Shown here one piece after another: positions 9,744 through 20,030 of a stretch of 64,000 nucleotides of DNA (the stretch's first letter is position 1; each line of letters opens with the position of its first letter). Made by a program: the position numbers and the translations under genes. This DNA is from an uncultured Actinomycetes bacterium (GTDB lineage Bacteria; Actinomycetota; Thermoleophilia; UBA2241): positions 32,001 to 96,000 of the forward strand of contig CAVPVX010000001.1 of the NCBI GenBank assembly GCA_963709345.1, read 5' to 3'. A model generated the notes under the pieces. That model was not told where the DNA came from and ran no database searches. It was given only the letters and a program-made list of their open reading frames with translations.

Positions 9744-10118
9744 GTGAACGGCAAGTGGCAGGGTTGGGCAGCGACCGGGGGCATCCTGATGCTGGTCGTC
9801 GGCGCCTTCAGGGCGTTCTCGGGCATCATCGGCCTGTTCAACGACGAGTGGATCGTCCGCGGTTTCGACGCCTACTTCTTCATCGACATCAGCGCGCTCG
9901 CGTGGTGGTACATCCTCATCGGCGCGATCCTGATGCTCGCGGGCGCGGCCGTCCTGGGCGGCAAGGCGTGGGGCCGGTGGGTCGGCGTGGTCGCCGTCAG
10001 CATCGCGCTCTTCTCCGAACTCATGTGGATCCCGATCTATCCCTTCTGGTCGATCCTGCTCGTCGTCATGTACACCTTCATCATCGTCGGCTTCGTGCTG
10101 GCCGGCTCAGAGGAGTAG
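9744..10118 (+). CDS. Small 4-TM membrane protein (DUF7144-like)
   Basis: Hydrophobic, WGRWVG..IPIYPFWS motif; GAGGAG RBS. Confidence 0.75.
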   Translation: MNGKWQGWAATGGILMLVVGAFRAFSGIIGLFNDEWIVRGFDAYFFIDISALAWWYILIGAILMLAGAAVLGGKAWGRWVGVVAVSIALFSELMWIPIYPFWSILLVVMYTFIIVGFVLAGSEE

Positions 10119-10296
10119 CGGCGCCGGCCGGCGTCCCCCTTCGCCGGCGGCCCGAGACTCGCTCTGGCAGACCGCCTTCGTCGGCCGGGACCCCTCGCCG
10201 GCGAAGGCGGTCGGCCCGCTATAGTGAGTGCAGAAGCGGCCATTAAAGCGCGCACGTCGAGCCGAAACGAGTGTCCGGAAGAGAGGTCGTGCGACC

Positions 10297-11733
10297 ATGG
10301 AAGTCCAGCGGATCGAGCACCCGAGCGTCGAACAGCGTCGTGCTCGGGGCAAGGCACTGAAGAAGCAGACGCCTCCGTCCGGCCACGCGAAGTGGAAGCC
10401 CGCCGCGGACCGGCCCGACCCGGTCGCGCTCCTGGAAGAGCAGAACACGACCCGTGAGCCAGACCTGGTCCCGGTCCGGCACGGGCGCATGATGGTCTCG
10501 CCGTTCACCTTCTATCGCGGCGCGGCGAAGATCATGGCGACGGACCTCAAGGACACGCCGAGGGCCGGCCTGACAGTGCAGCTCTGCGGCGACGCTCACC
10601 TGTCCAACTTCGGCGTCTTCGCGTCGCCCGAGCGGACCCTGCTCTTCGACCTCAACGACTTCGACGAGACGCTCCCCGGCCCGTTCGAGTACGACGTCAA
10701 GCGCATGGCCGCGAGCTTCACCATCGCCGCCCGCAACAACGGCTTCAGCAAGGCCGACACGAAGAACGTGACGCTCACGTCGGTGGGCGCGTATCGGCGG
10801 GCGCTGGCCGAGTTCGCGGCGATGCGCACGATGGACATCTGGTACGCGCGCCTGTCCGAGAGCGAGCTGCTGGCCGCCGTCGGCAGCACCGCCCTCGCAC
10901 AGAAGGGCAAAGCGCAGAAACAGGCGGCCGCGGCGGCAGTCGCGCGCGCAAAGCTGATCACCGAGAAGGCCCACACCCGCGACAGCCTGCAGGCGCTCTC
11001 CAAGCTCGCGGAGGTCGTCGACGGCGCCTACCGGATCGTCAGCCGGCCGCCGATCGTCGTCCCGGCCCGCGAACTGCACGACGCCTACGGCGTGTCCGCC
11101 GACGAACTGACGCACCACGTTCACGCGGAGTTCCGTGCCTATCGGGCCACGCTGCAGAGCGACCGTCGCCACCTGCTCGAACGGTTCGAGATCGTCGACA
11201 TGGCGCGCAAGGTGGTGGGCGTCGGCAGCGTCGGCACACGGGCGTTCATCATCCTGCTCGAGGGTCGTGACGAGCAGGATCCGCTGTTCCTGCAGGTCAA
11301 GGAGGCGACGGCCTCGGTGCTCGAGGACCACCTCCCGAAGAGCCGCCACCGGCAGCCCGGTTCGCGCGTCGTCCACGGACAGCGCATGATGCAGGCCGCG
11401 AGCGACATCTACCTCGGCTACACCAAGGGCGTGCAGGCCGATCGCTACCTGTACTGGCGCCAACTGCGCGACATGAAGGGGTCCGCCGTCGTCGAGGACA
11501 TGGGGCTCCTCAGCCTTACCTTCTATGCCCGCCAGTGCGGGTGGACGCTCGCACGCGCGCACGCGCGCTCAGGTGACCCCGTGGCGATCGCCGCGTATCT
11601 GGGCAAGGGTGACGGCTTCGAGCGGTCGATCGCGGACTTCTCCAAGCGTTACGCGGATCAGAACGAGCGGGACTACAAGGCTTTCACCAAGGCAGTCAAG
11701 ACTGGGCGGCTGACGGCACTGGAGGGCGTGTGA
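10297..11733 (+). CDS. DUF2252 family protein
   Basis: RHGRMMVSPFTFYRG, CGDAHLSNFG, DLNDFDET, KVVGVGSVGTR, RQLRDMKGS, LARAHARSGD. Confidence 0.9.
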   Translation: MEVQRIEHPSVEQRRARGKALKKQTPPSGHAKWKPAADRPDPVALLEEQNTTREPDLVPVRHGRMMVSPFTFYRGAAKIMATDLKDTPRAGLTVQLCGDAHLSNFGVFASPERTLLFDLNDFDETLPGPFEYDVKRMAASFTIAARNNGFSKADTKNVTLTSVGAYRRALAEFAAMRTMDIWYARLSESELLAAVGSTALAQKGKAQKQAAAAAVARAKLITEKAHTRDSLQALSKLAEVVDGAYRIVSRPPIVVPARELHDAYGVSADELTHHVHAEFRAYRATLQSDRRHLLERFEIVDMARKVVGVGSVGTRAFIILLEGRDEQDPLFLQVKEATASVLEDHLPKSRHRQPGSRVVHGQRMMQAASDIYLGYTKGVQADRYLYWRQLRDMKGSAVVEDMGLLSLTFYARQCGWTLARAHARSGDPVAIAAYLGKGDGFERSIADFSKRYADQNERDYKAFTKAVKTGRLTALEGV

Positions 11734-11913
11734 CGGCTCGGCTGCCGGAAGCAGGGTTGACGTGTACAGAAGGAACAGCGAGGCTCGGCGCCGGCGCCGG
11801 CGCCGCCCTCGACGCCCGCGCGCACCTGAGGTAGACCCGCGTCCGGCCCGTCCCGGTCGAGGCGCTATCGCAAACAGGGCAGACGACTGCCCGCAACGAG
11901 TGGGAGTGACTAC

Positions 11914-12288
11914 ATGAACGTAGAAAGCACGGGCGGCATCCTCTGGACCATGATCGCCTTCTTCTTCTGGATGATGGTGATCTGGATGTTCATCGCCATC
12001 TTCGCCGACATCTTCCGTCGCAACGACCTCTCCGGATGGGGCAAGGCAGGCTGGATCATCCTTGTCTTCGTCCTGCCGTTCATCGGCATCCTGATCTACG
12101 TCATCGCGCGACCCAAGATGACGGAGCAGGACAAGCAGATCATCGCGGCGGCGCAGGAGCGGGAGCGTCGTGCGGCTGGCTACTCGTCCGCCGACGAGAT
12201 CGCCAAGCTCGCGGCTCTCAAGGAGCAGGGCGCCATCACCGCCGAGGAGTTCGAGACGATGAAGCAGCAGGCGCTCACGCAGGTCTGA
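11914..12288 (+). CDS. PLDc_N + SHOCT domain membrane protein
   Basis: DIFRRNDLSGWGKAGW..LPFIG; ADEIAKLAALKEQGAITAEEFETMK. Confidence 0.85.
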   Translation: MNVESTGGILWTMIAFFFWMMVIWMFIAIFADIFRRNDLSGWGKAGWIILVFVLPFIGILIYVIARPKMTEQDKQIIAAAQERERRAAGYSSADEIAKLAALKEQGAITAEEFETMKQQALTQV

Positions 12289-12322
12289 TACGGACCCGCG
12301 ACGCGCGGTGCGGCACGAGGAA

Positions 12323-12358
12323 CAAGGACGGGGCGCCTTTCGGCGCCCCGCCGTCTTG
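12323..12358. terminator. Hairpin terminator between convergent genes
   Basis: CGGGGCGCC-TTTC-GGCGCCCCG. Confidence 0.6.
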
Positions 12359-12389
12359 CGCTTTCCGCCCTCCCCGCGACGGCCGTCGG

Positions 12390-12656
12390 CTAGCGTGAGT
12401 CACGGCGCGCCTGGCGCCGCTTGTGCCGGCGCCACATCAGCGCGAACTGGCCGATCACGAAGGCCACCAGGGCGGTGATCACGAGCACGATCCAGAGCGG
12501 TGCGTCGAACGTCCAGAACAGCCAGGTGAAGGACACCGTCTCCCGGTTCTGGAGGATGAACGCCAGCAGCGCCGCCGCAAGGACTCCGCCGCCGATCAGC
12601 CACCCGCTCCCGGAACCCGAAGCCTGCGAACCGCCCTGCGCTGCGTTGTCTGCCAT
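12390..12656 (-). CDS. LapA/DUF1049-like small membrane protein
   Basis: FILQNRETVSFTWLFWTFDAPLW motif; GAGGAGG RBS. Confidence 0.8.
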   Translation of the reverse strand: MADNAAQGGSQASGSGSGWLIGGGVLAAALLAFILQNRETVSFTWLFWTFDAPLWIVLVITALVAFVIGQFALMWRRHKRRQARRDSR

Positions 12657-12847
12657 GACGTCCTCCTCGTCGGTCCGGCCGGCATGCCCGGCTCAACTCC
12701 CCGGTCGGGGTCTGTTGCCTACGGTCTTCCCGGCGCAGCGATCCGTCACTCGCCGCGATGGCCCCGTCGACCGCCTCACTGGTAACGTTGCCCGGGAGGG
12801 TCTCGATGCGCCCACGAGCGCCCCGGACAGACGGAGAAAGGAAGACC

Positions 12848-13339
12848 GTGGCCAACGAACGACAGGGCAGCCCCAAGGCGAGGGTGGAGGACCGCATCCG
12901 GCATCGCGCCGGCAAGGCGGTCGCCAGCCGGCGCGTGTTCGGCTATCTCGCCGCCGTCACCGCAGTCGTCGGCATCGGCGCCGGGATCCTCGTAAGATTC
13001 ATCGATCACAAGGACTTCGCCACCGTGGGAGACGGCATCTGGTGGGCGATCGTCACGCTGGGCACCGTAGGCTACGGCGACATCGTGCCGCACAGCGCCT
13101 GGGGACGCGTGGTGGGCTCCGTGGTCATCGTCGTCGGCGTGACCTTCCTCTCCTTCCTCACGGCGACCGTGACCTCCATGTTCGTGTCCGCCGACCAGGA
13201 CGAACGGACCGCAGAAGCAGATGCGGCGCGCGCTGCCCGCGAGGCGGACACCCGGGCGATGCTGCAACAGCTGCTGGATCGCACCGCGGCGATCGAGGCG
13301 AGGGTGGAGGAACTCGCCAAGCAGACGCCGCCACGCTGA
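12848..13339 (+). CDS. 2-TM potassium channel (KcsA-like)
   Basis: WWAIVTLGTVGYGD selectivity filter. Confidence 0.9.
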   Translation: MANERQGSPKARVEDRIRHRAGKAVASRRVFGYLAAVTAVVGIGAGILVRFIDHKDFATVGDGIWWAIVTLGTVGYGDIVPHSAWGRVVGSVVIVVGVTFLSFLTATVTSMFVSADQDERTAEADAARAAREADTRAMLQQLLDRTAAIEARVEELAKQTPPR

Positions 13340-13373
13340 TCGGCGAGGAGTTCGGCGTGCTCTGAGACGTTAG

Positions 13374-13406
13374 GAGGCCGGGGGCGGCAGCGCCGCCCCC
13401 GGCCTC
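13374..13406. terminator. Hairpin terminator between convergent genes
   Basis: 15-bp perfect stem GAGGCCGGGGGCGGC / GCCGCCCCCGGCCTC. Confidence 0.65.
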
Positions 13407-13430
13407 TGTCACGTCGTGCTCGTCGCCGAC

Positions 13431-14306
13431 TCAGTACGGCGAGGAGTACTGCGAGGATCCGTCCTCGGCGGGGGCCTGCTCCGGCTGCTGGAAGGAGCCG
13501 CTCTTCATCTGCTCCATCACGCTGATGGCGGTGTTGATCGGTACGGAGAAGCCGATGCCCTCATTGCCGCCGCCCTGCGAGGCGATCTGCTCGTTGATGC
13601 CGATCACCTCTCCACTCGCGTTGATCAGCGGACCGCCGGAGTTCCCGGAGTTGATCGCCGCGTCGGTCTGGATGCCGCCGGTGATCGTCGCGCCGTTGGG
13701 CGACTGCAGTTCACGGTCGGTCGCCGAGACGACGCCCGACGAAAGCGAGAAGTCGAGGCCCAGCGGGTTGCCGATGGCGACGACCTCTTCGCCGACGGAG
13801 ACGGCCGAAGAGTCGCCGAGCGGGATGGCCTGGATGCCGGGCACCTGGCTCGGATCGATCATCACGAGGGCGACGTCGGTCGAGTCGTCCGCGCCGACGA
13901 CCGTGCCCTCGACCTGGATGCCCTCGGTGCCGTCGCCCTTGAAGATGACGGTGACTGCGCTCGCGACCTGCCCGTTCGCGCTCACAACGTGCGCGTTGGT
14001 CAGGATCGAGCCGTCGTCGGAGACCACGAATCCGGTGCCCAGGGCCTGCTGGTCGCCAGAGTACTGGCCCCACATGTCGTAGTAGCCTGGGAAGGTCGCC
14101 CGGATCTCGACGACGCTGTCGACGTGCTCCTCGTAGATCTGCTGTGGCGTCAGGCCCGAGGTCGTGAACGCGGCCGGGACGCCCTTGACCGTCTCCACGA
14201 CGGTCGACTCCGAACCGACGATGCCGGTCGCGTAGGCCCCGCCAAGCAGGAGGGCCGCCCCGGCGAATCCGGCGACCATGGTGGCGAGAAATCGTCTGAC
14301 TCTCAT
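13431..14306 (-). CDS. Exported trypsin-like S1C (HtrA/PepD-like) serine protease without PDZ domain
   Basis: GTGFVV, TNAHVV, STDVA, AIGNPLG, QTDAAINSGNSGGPL; N-terminal signal/anchor. Confidence 0.9.
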   Translation of the reverse strand: MRVRRFLATMVAGFAGAALLLGGAYATGIVGSESTVVETVKGVPAAFTTSGLTPQQIYEEHVDSVVEIRATFPGYYDMWGQYSGDQQALGTGFVVSDDGSILTNAHVVSANGQVASAVTVIFKGDGTEGIQVEGTVVGADDSTDVALVMIDPSQVPGIQAIPLGDSSAVSVGEEVVAIGNPLGLDFSLSSGVVSATDRELQSPNGATITGGIQTDAAINSGNSGGPLINASGEVIGINEQIASQGGGNEGIGFSVPINTAISVMEQMKSGSFQQPEQAPAEDGSSQYSSPY

Positions 14307-14531
14307 GTCCGCTGCCTTTCTCTCTGGCGCCGACCGGCGGCCTGTGGCCGCATCCCCGGCGCCGCGATGCGTTTGCCGGCCGTCATCCGGACTGGCCGTT
14401 ACGGGGAGACCAGGCCGCTCATCCTCGCCCTCGTTGCCGAACCGGAGGCTCCGCAGGGCGCTCTCATGGCGCGTACCCGCCGTATCGGTCCGCGGCGGCG
14501 GTCTCTTGTGCACTCTTTCTACCGCCGCAGA

Positions 14532-14559
14532 CTGGGGATTCCCTGAGAAGGCGCTGAGC
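14532..14559 (-). promoter_or_regulatory. Three 11-bp-period direct repeats (MprA/OmpR-type boxes)
   Basis: GCTCAG-N5-TCTCAG-N5-CCCCAG upstream of the protease. Confidence 0.5.
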
Positions 14560-14660
14560 GACATCTGTGATTACTTCCAGCGCGCGAACGTCATGCGATA
14601 TCTTTCGATTGCCTCTCGGCAGCCGGTCGACCGTGTCTCAAGATCTCTGGAGGAGGACTC

Positions 14661-15332
14661 GTGGGCCCAGCCATCGGCGAGATGCTCCCTCTTGCCATCG
14701 GTATCGCGATCAGCCCTCTGCCGATCATCACCGTCATCCTGATCCTCACGACACCGAGGGGCCGGAACAACGGCCTCGCCTTCCTCGGCGGCTGGCTGCT
14801 CGGACTGGCCGTGGTCGGCGGCGCCGTACTGATCGTGGCGGACGCCGCCGAGGCGGCGACCTCGAACGACACCGCGAGGATCGTGAGCGTGTTCAAGCTG
14901 GTGCTCGGCCTGCTGCTGCTGTTCCTCGCCTGGCGCACCTTCGCGAGGCGCACCAAGGCGGGTGAGGAGACGCCCCTGCCGAAGTGGCTGGGGGCGCTGG
15001 ACGGCTTATCCGCCGGCCGCTCGCTCGCCGTAGGCGTACTGTTCGCGGGCGTGAAGCCCAAGAACCTCATCCTCACCGCGGCGGCGGCGGCTGGCATCGC
15101 CCAGTCGGGCATCGGCGCCCCCCGGCAGGTCGCCGTCCTGGTCCTGCTCATGGCCGTCGCCAGCGTGGGCATCATCGCGCCGGTCGGCGTGTACTTCGCC
15201 CTGCGCAGCAGAGCGGCGCGGGTGCTCGACGGCTGGAGGGAGTGGCTGGCGGCCAACAACGCGACCGTCATGAGCGTGCTCTTCATCGTCTTCGGCGTCG
15301 TGCTCGTCGGCAAGGGCATCGGCGGACTGTGA
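14661..15332 (+). CDS. GAP/Sap family membrane exporter
   Basis: LPLAIGIAISPLPII..LAFLGGW..PKW..KPKNL..WLAANN. Confidence 0.85.
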   Translation: MGPAIGEMLPLAIGIAISPLPIITVILILTTPRGRNNGLAFLGGWLLGLAVVGGAVLIVADAAEAATSNDTARIVSVFKLVLGLLLLFLAWRTFARRTKAGEETPLPKWLGALDGLSAGRSLAVGVLFAGVKPKNLILTAAAAAGIAQSGIGAPRQVAVLVLLMAVASVGIIAPVGVYFALRSRAARVLDGWREWLAANNATVMSVLFIVFGVVLVGKGIGGL

Positions 15333-15480
15333 GGCCACCGAGCCGGAGTGACGCGCCCGAAGCGCAGCCTCCTGGGGCCGCGGCGGCGGAGATCGCCTCA
15401 GACCATGACGTCGGGGGATGTCGTCGTGAGAACGTGGGCACACTGACCCTGACCGCAAGCGACGAGGAGGCGAGACGATC

Positions 15481-15669
15481 GTGGATCGACCAGTCGTGGA
15501 CGAGGAGCTGTGCATAGGGTGCGGCAGTTGTGAGGAGATCTGCCCTGCCGTCTTCGAAGTGGGAGAGGACGGCATCTCGCACGTCCTCGACCCGGAGGGC
15601 TGTGAGGCCGCCGACTGCTGCGAGGAGGCGGCCGAGGAGTGCCCGGTCGACGCCATCTCCCTTGACTAG
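15481..15669 (+). CDS. Single-cluster ferredoxin
   Basis: CIGCGSCEEICP...ECPVDAI. Confidence 0.9.
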   Translation: MDRPVVDEELCIGCGSCEEICPAVFEVGEDGISHVLDPEGCEAADCCEEAAEECPVDAISLD

Positions 15670-15726
15670 CGCTCCCCAGAAGACGTGCGATCGCCACAGC
15701 AGTGACAGCTTGAGCGAGGGCGAGTC

Positions 15727-17325
15727 GTGAGCGCGCGCACCGTCGCTCCTCAGAACGCCGCGACGGCAGGGTCCGGACCGGCACGGGCCGGGCTCGTCCT
15801 CGTGGCGCTCCTTCTGGTCGCCACGGTCGCCAATCTCAACCTCTCGGTGGCCAACGTGGCGCTGCCGTCCATCGCGGGCACCTTCGACTCGTCGCAGACG
15901 ATGCTCGACCTGATCGCCGTCGCCTTCTCACTCGGCCTCGCTGCCTCCGTGCTCTACCTCGGCGCGCTCGGCGACCGCTACGGCCGCAAGCTCATGCTCG
16001 TCCTCGGCACGGCGCTGGCGATCCCCGCGTCGCTGCTCGCCGCCTTCGCCCCAACCGACGCGGTCCTGTTTCTCGCGCGTCTCCTTGGGGGGCTCGCCGC
16101 CGGCATGGCATTCCCCACGACGCTGGCGCTGATCACCGCTCTGTGGGATGGCCCGGCCCGGACCCGATCCATCGCCCTCTGGTCCGGCGTGGGTGGGTCG
16201 ATGGCGGCCCTCGGCCCGCTGTGCGCGGGATTGCTCATGTCGGTGTTCTGGTGGGGCTCCGTCTTCTTGCTCACGCTGCCGCTCGCCGTCGTGGCGCTCG
16301 TCCTCGCCGTCAGGCTCGTTCCCTCACACGTGAACGAGACCACCGGAAAGGTCGACAACGCCGGCGGCATCCTCTCGGTCGTCTTCGTCGGCGCCGGCGT
16401 CCTCGCCATCAACCTGTTCACCGCTCCGGGGCGGGGGACGGCCGCGCTGATCCTGCTGGCCGTCGCGGTCGCGGGAGCGATCGCCTTCACCCTGCGGCAG
16501 CGGCGCGCGCGAGACGCGCTGTACGACCTCCGGGTGGCCGGGCGCAGGGTCTTCTGGGTGGCCGCCTGCGCGGGCATCATCGTCTTCGGATCGCTCATGG
16601 GTGGCGTCTTCATCGGACAGCAGTACGTGCAGAACGTGCTCGGCTACTCTTCCCTGGAGGCCGGCCTGACGGTGCTCCCCGCCGCCGTCCTCATGATCCT
16701 CGTCGCGCCGCGATCGGCAACGCTCGTCGACGCGCACGGCGCACGCTTCACGCTGCTGCTCGGGTACTTCTTCGTCTTCCTCGCCTTCCTCACCATGCTC
16801 TTGCTCTGGGACGCCGACGCCGCGGCCTGGCACGTACTTCTCGGCTTCGCGTTCATGGGCGTGGGCGTCGCCTTCGCCGGCACGCCGGCGTCACACTCGC
16901 TGACCGGGTCGGTCCCGGTGCGCCGCGCGGGCATGGCGTCGGCGACCGCCGACCTCCAGCGCGACCTGGGAGGCGCCGTACTGCAGTCGGTCTTCGGCGC
17001 TCTCCTGACCCTCGGGTACGCCTCGGCGATGGCGGCCGGTGTCGCTTCGTCCCCAGAAGCGTCAAAGGTCACGAGCGAGACGCAGGCGGCGCTCACCAAG
17101 TCCTTCGCCGGCGCCGAGTCGGTGGCGGAGCAGTACCCCAAGTACGCCGACCAGATCGTCGCCTCCGCCAAGACGGCCTTCCTCCAGGGCGACCGCTGGG
17201 CCTACGCCGCCGGCTTGTTCGCCGTCCTCGGCGGCACGGCCCTCGTCTTCTTCCTCTTCCCGAAGCATGACGAGGAGGTACGGCTGCTGCGCGCCTACAA
17301 GACGGAGGACTCCAAGCCGGCGTGA
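15727..17325 (+). CDS. MFS transporter, DHA2-like (14 TM)
   Basis: ANVALPSI, GALGDRYGRK, multiple TM segments. Confidence 0.9.
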   Translation: MSARTVAPQNAATAGSGPARAGLVLVALLLVATVANLNLSVANVALPSIAGTFDSSQTMLDLIAVAFSLGLAASVLYLGALGDRYGRKLMLVLGTALAIPASLLAAFAPTDAVLFLARLLGGLAAGMAFPTTLALITALWDGPARTRSIALWSGVGGSMAALGPLCAGLLMSVFWWGSVFLLTLPLAVVALVLAVRLVPSHVNETTGKVDNAGGILSVVFVGAGVLAINLFTAPGRGTAALILLAVAVAGAIAFTLRQRRARDALYDLRVAGRRVFWVAACAGIIVFGSLMGGVFIGQQYVQNVLGYSSLEAGLTVLPAAVLMILVAPRSATLVDAHGARFTLLLGYFFVFLAFLTMLLLWDADAAAWHVLLGFAFMGVGVAFAGTPASHSLTGSVPVRRAGMASATADLQRDLGGAVLQSVFGALLTLGYASAMAAGVASSPEASKVTSETQAALTKSFAGAESVAEQYPKYADQIVASAKTAFLQGDRWAYAAGLFAVLGGTALVFFLFPKHDEEVRLLRAYKTEDSKPA

Positions 17326-17438
17326 CCCGCATCCGGGCGGCCGCGGGCCGGACCGCCCGTGAGCCGGCCTGGCCCGCGGCCGCCCGAAGCCGGGGCCGGG
17401 ACCGGGACCGGGCCGATGCGGAACGACAGACCGGCCGC

Positions 17439-18321
17439 TCAGGCGACCGGCGCCGGCACTCCCTGGAGGTGCCGGCGCCAGCCGAGCAGCAGCGCATGGG
17501 CCTGCTCGGCGCCGACGATCGGAGTCGCCGGGGCGGGTAGCGCGGCCGGATACAGCAGGAACGGCCGCGTCTGCGACCCGCCCATGCCGCCGTGGAACGA
17601 GATCAGCTCCTCGAAGGCGCAGCCCTCGTCCAGCTGCGCGTCGTAGAAGCTGTTGACCATGATATCGGCGACGTGCGCAAAGCCGTCGCTGCGCAGCAGG
17701 TGATGCGGCGCGGTGCTCGAGAAGCCAGCTAGGGGGTCCTCGCCCTCGACGCGCCCCTCGTCGAGGTAGTTGACCCCGTTCGCCCCGAGTACCAGCGCAC
17801 CATGCTCGCCCGAGCGCACCAGCAACCATCCGACGTGAGGGTGGGCGCGAAGGGCCGGGAGCAGTGCCGGATGCCGCTCCTCGATCTCCTCCATCCTGTA
17901 CCGGCGGTCCTTCTCCATCAGGTACACGAGCCCCAGGTTGCCGGAGCCGAGGACGATGACATCCTCGCCCCCGAGGTCGCTCGCGGCGGGACCCTCCTGC
18001 TCGCGGCCGGTGGCCTCACGCAAGGCCTTGGACACGGCCGAGTCGTTCTCATCGCCGGACGCGAGGCGGGCGACCGAGGCACCGCTCAGCGAACGCTTGA
18101 CCAGATCGTCCAAACCGTACCCGTTGCGCTGCTTGAAGGTCGCGCCCTGTGTCTGGCCGTGGTCGGAGAGGACGACGATCTCGTATGGCCGCGCTCGTGA
18201 CCCAGTGAACGAGCAGGCGGCGAAGGCGCATCCGGGGCCGCTCCGGCCGCCACTCCGGGACCGCCCCGTAGGCCGGATGCGCACAGCCGCCCCTGTCCCG
18301 ACCTCGTCGCTGCGGCTCCAT
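17439..18321 (-). pseudogene. Phage-holin-like/alkaline phosphatase fusion gene with a large internal deletion
   Basis: N-terminus MEPQ..WRPERPRMRLRRLLVHWVTS joined out of frame at ~18190 to RPYEIVVLSDHGQTQG..AFEELISFHGGMGG. Confidence 0.6.
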
Positions 18322-18353
18322 ACGAACCACCTGCCCAGCCTTCGCTCGCGGCG

Positions 18354-19908
18354 TCACTCCACCCCGTTGTCCTCGGCCTGCGGTTTGCGGAACGGCCACT
18401 CCCCGGCCACAAGGCTCAGAGCGCCCTCGAGAAGAACGGCCAACACAATGATCAGCACGATCCAGAGCCATGACCAACTGCCGAACGCCAGGAGCACGAG
18501 GCCGGCGATCAGGACCCCCCAGCGAAGCGCCTGCACGTGCCGCCACACCCAAGCCGTGAGCGGCCGTGCGGTGGTGACGTCGAAGTCGCTTCTGGAGACG
18601 ACACGCCTGCCCGTCTCCACGACGGCGACCTGCAGGTCGCGGCGCCCGGAGAACCAGGCGACCACGGCGACCACGGCGCCGATGACGACGATCCAGATGG
18701 TGATCGTGGTCAGAGGCCCGATGGCCGCGCCGACCACGTCCCTCGCCAGCCCCAGGCCACCGGCCCGTTCCAGGTCGTCGACGATCATGGCGGAACCGCG
18801 CCTGACGAGCACTCGTGTGACGATCAGCGCGATGGCAACGCCGACGCCGAGCTGGATGAGCGTGCGACGACGAGCGCGCGACAGCCAGACGGTCAGAGGC
18901 GATGAGCACGAGGGTGACGATGGGGATGACCCACGTGAGCGTGTCGAACCAGCGCACTGCCGTCTGGGCCGGCCCCAGAGAGTCCGATTTGAGCAGCGTG
19001 ACCTGGCCGAAGTCGTCCGGCAGGGGCCTGCCGGCCCATGACGAGACCTGGCCGATCGCCGTCGCCGGGTCGGTGCCGGGCTCGATCACCGGCGGGGCGA
19101 ACTTGTCGGCGAGCGCGCCCGGCAGCCTGCTGTCGAGCCACACGAGCGCCTGGCTGATGAGGGGCAGCGTGTCGAGCCTCACGTCGCTGCCCTCGATGTA
19201 GGCGTAGGTCGTGTCGCCGCGCAGCAGCGCCACGATCTTGTCGTGCGCCACCTCGTTGATCCTGAGCCACAGCTCGTACGCCTTGTCGCTGCTGAGCACT
19301 TTCTTCACGCCGTCGGTGAGGAAGTCGTCGACGGCTCCGGTGATCGGGCCGGCGAGGAACGACGCCTCTGGAGGCAGGGCATCCGCCGTCCGTCGCTGCA
19401 GGTCGGTGGCGGTCACCACCTCGCCGGCGATGTACTCGCTGAGCGCCTGGATCGCCTTCGGGTTCTTGCCGATGGGAGCGACCAGCTTCATGTAGCCGTC
19501 GGTGCTGAGGACCGAGTAGTGCGTCCAGATGGTGATGCCGCTCACCACGACGGCGAGACACGAGAGGATGACGAGGACGCCGACGAGGTAGCGGCGCCTG
19601 CGAAGACCCCCGCGACGGCCGGCAGGCTCCGCCTGCGGCTCGTCGACGGCCTTCGCAGTCGCCTCCTCGTCCGGCGCACGGGCAGCCGTCACCGCAGTCA
19701 CCGCCGTCGTCTCCGACGCAGTGGGGTCCGCAGCCGGGCGCGTTGCCTCTTCCAGGTCCGGCACGACCTCACCCGAGAGTTGCGTCCCGAGCGCCTCGTT
19801 CTCGGCCTCGAGTGCGGCGATCTTGTCGGCCAGCGCCTTCTGCTTCTTGAGGCTCGCGTTCCGCGCCTCGAGCGCCGCGAGCTGAGCGCGTAGTTCCTTC
19901 TCGTTCAT
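18354..19908 (-). CDS. Multi-pass membrane protein with N-terminal coiled coil (frameshift near 18897)
   Basis: Removing one T joins ..VTLVLIA to LTVWLSRARRRTLIQLGVG and the 18354-18812 ORF. Confidence 0.7.
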
Positions 19909-20030
19909 GTCGTTCGCCTCTCCCGTGCTCGCTGCCCCGTGCGCTCCCCTGTGGCCGGTCCGGCCACTTCAACGCGAAGGACGGCCCCGGTGGGCCGCCC
20001 TTCGCGAATCGATCGATGACCCGGTGACAC

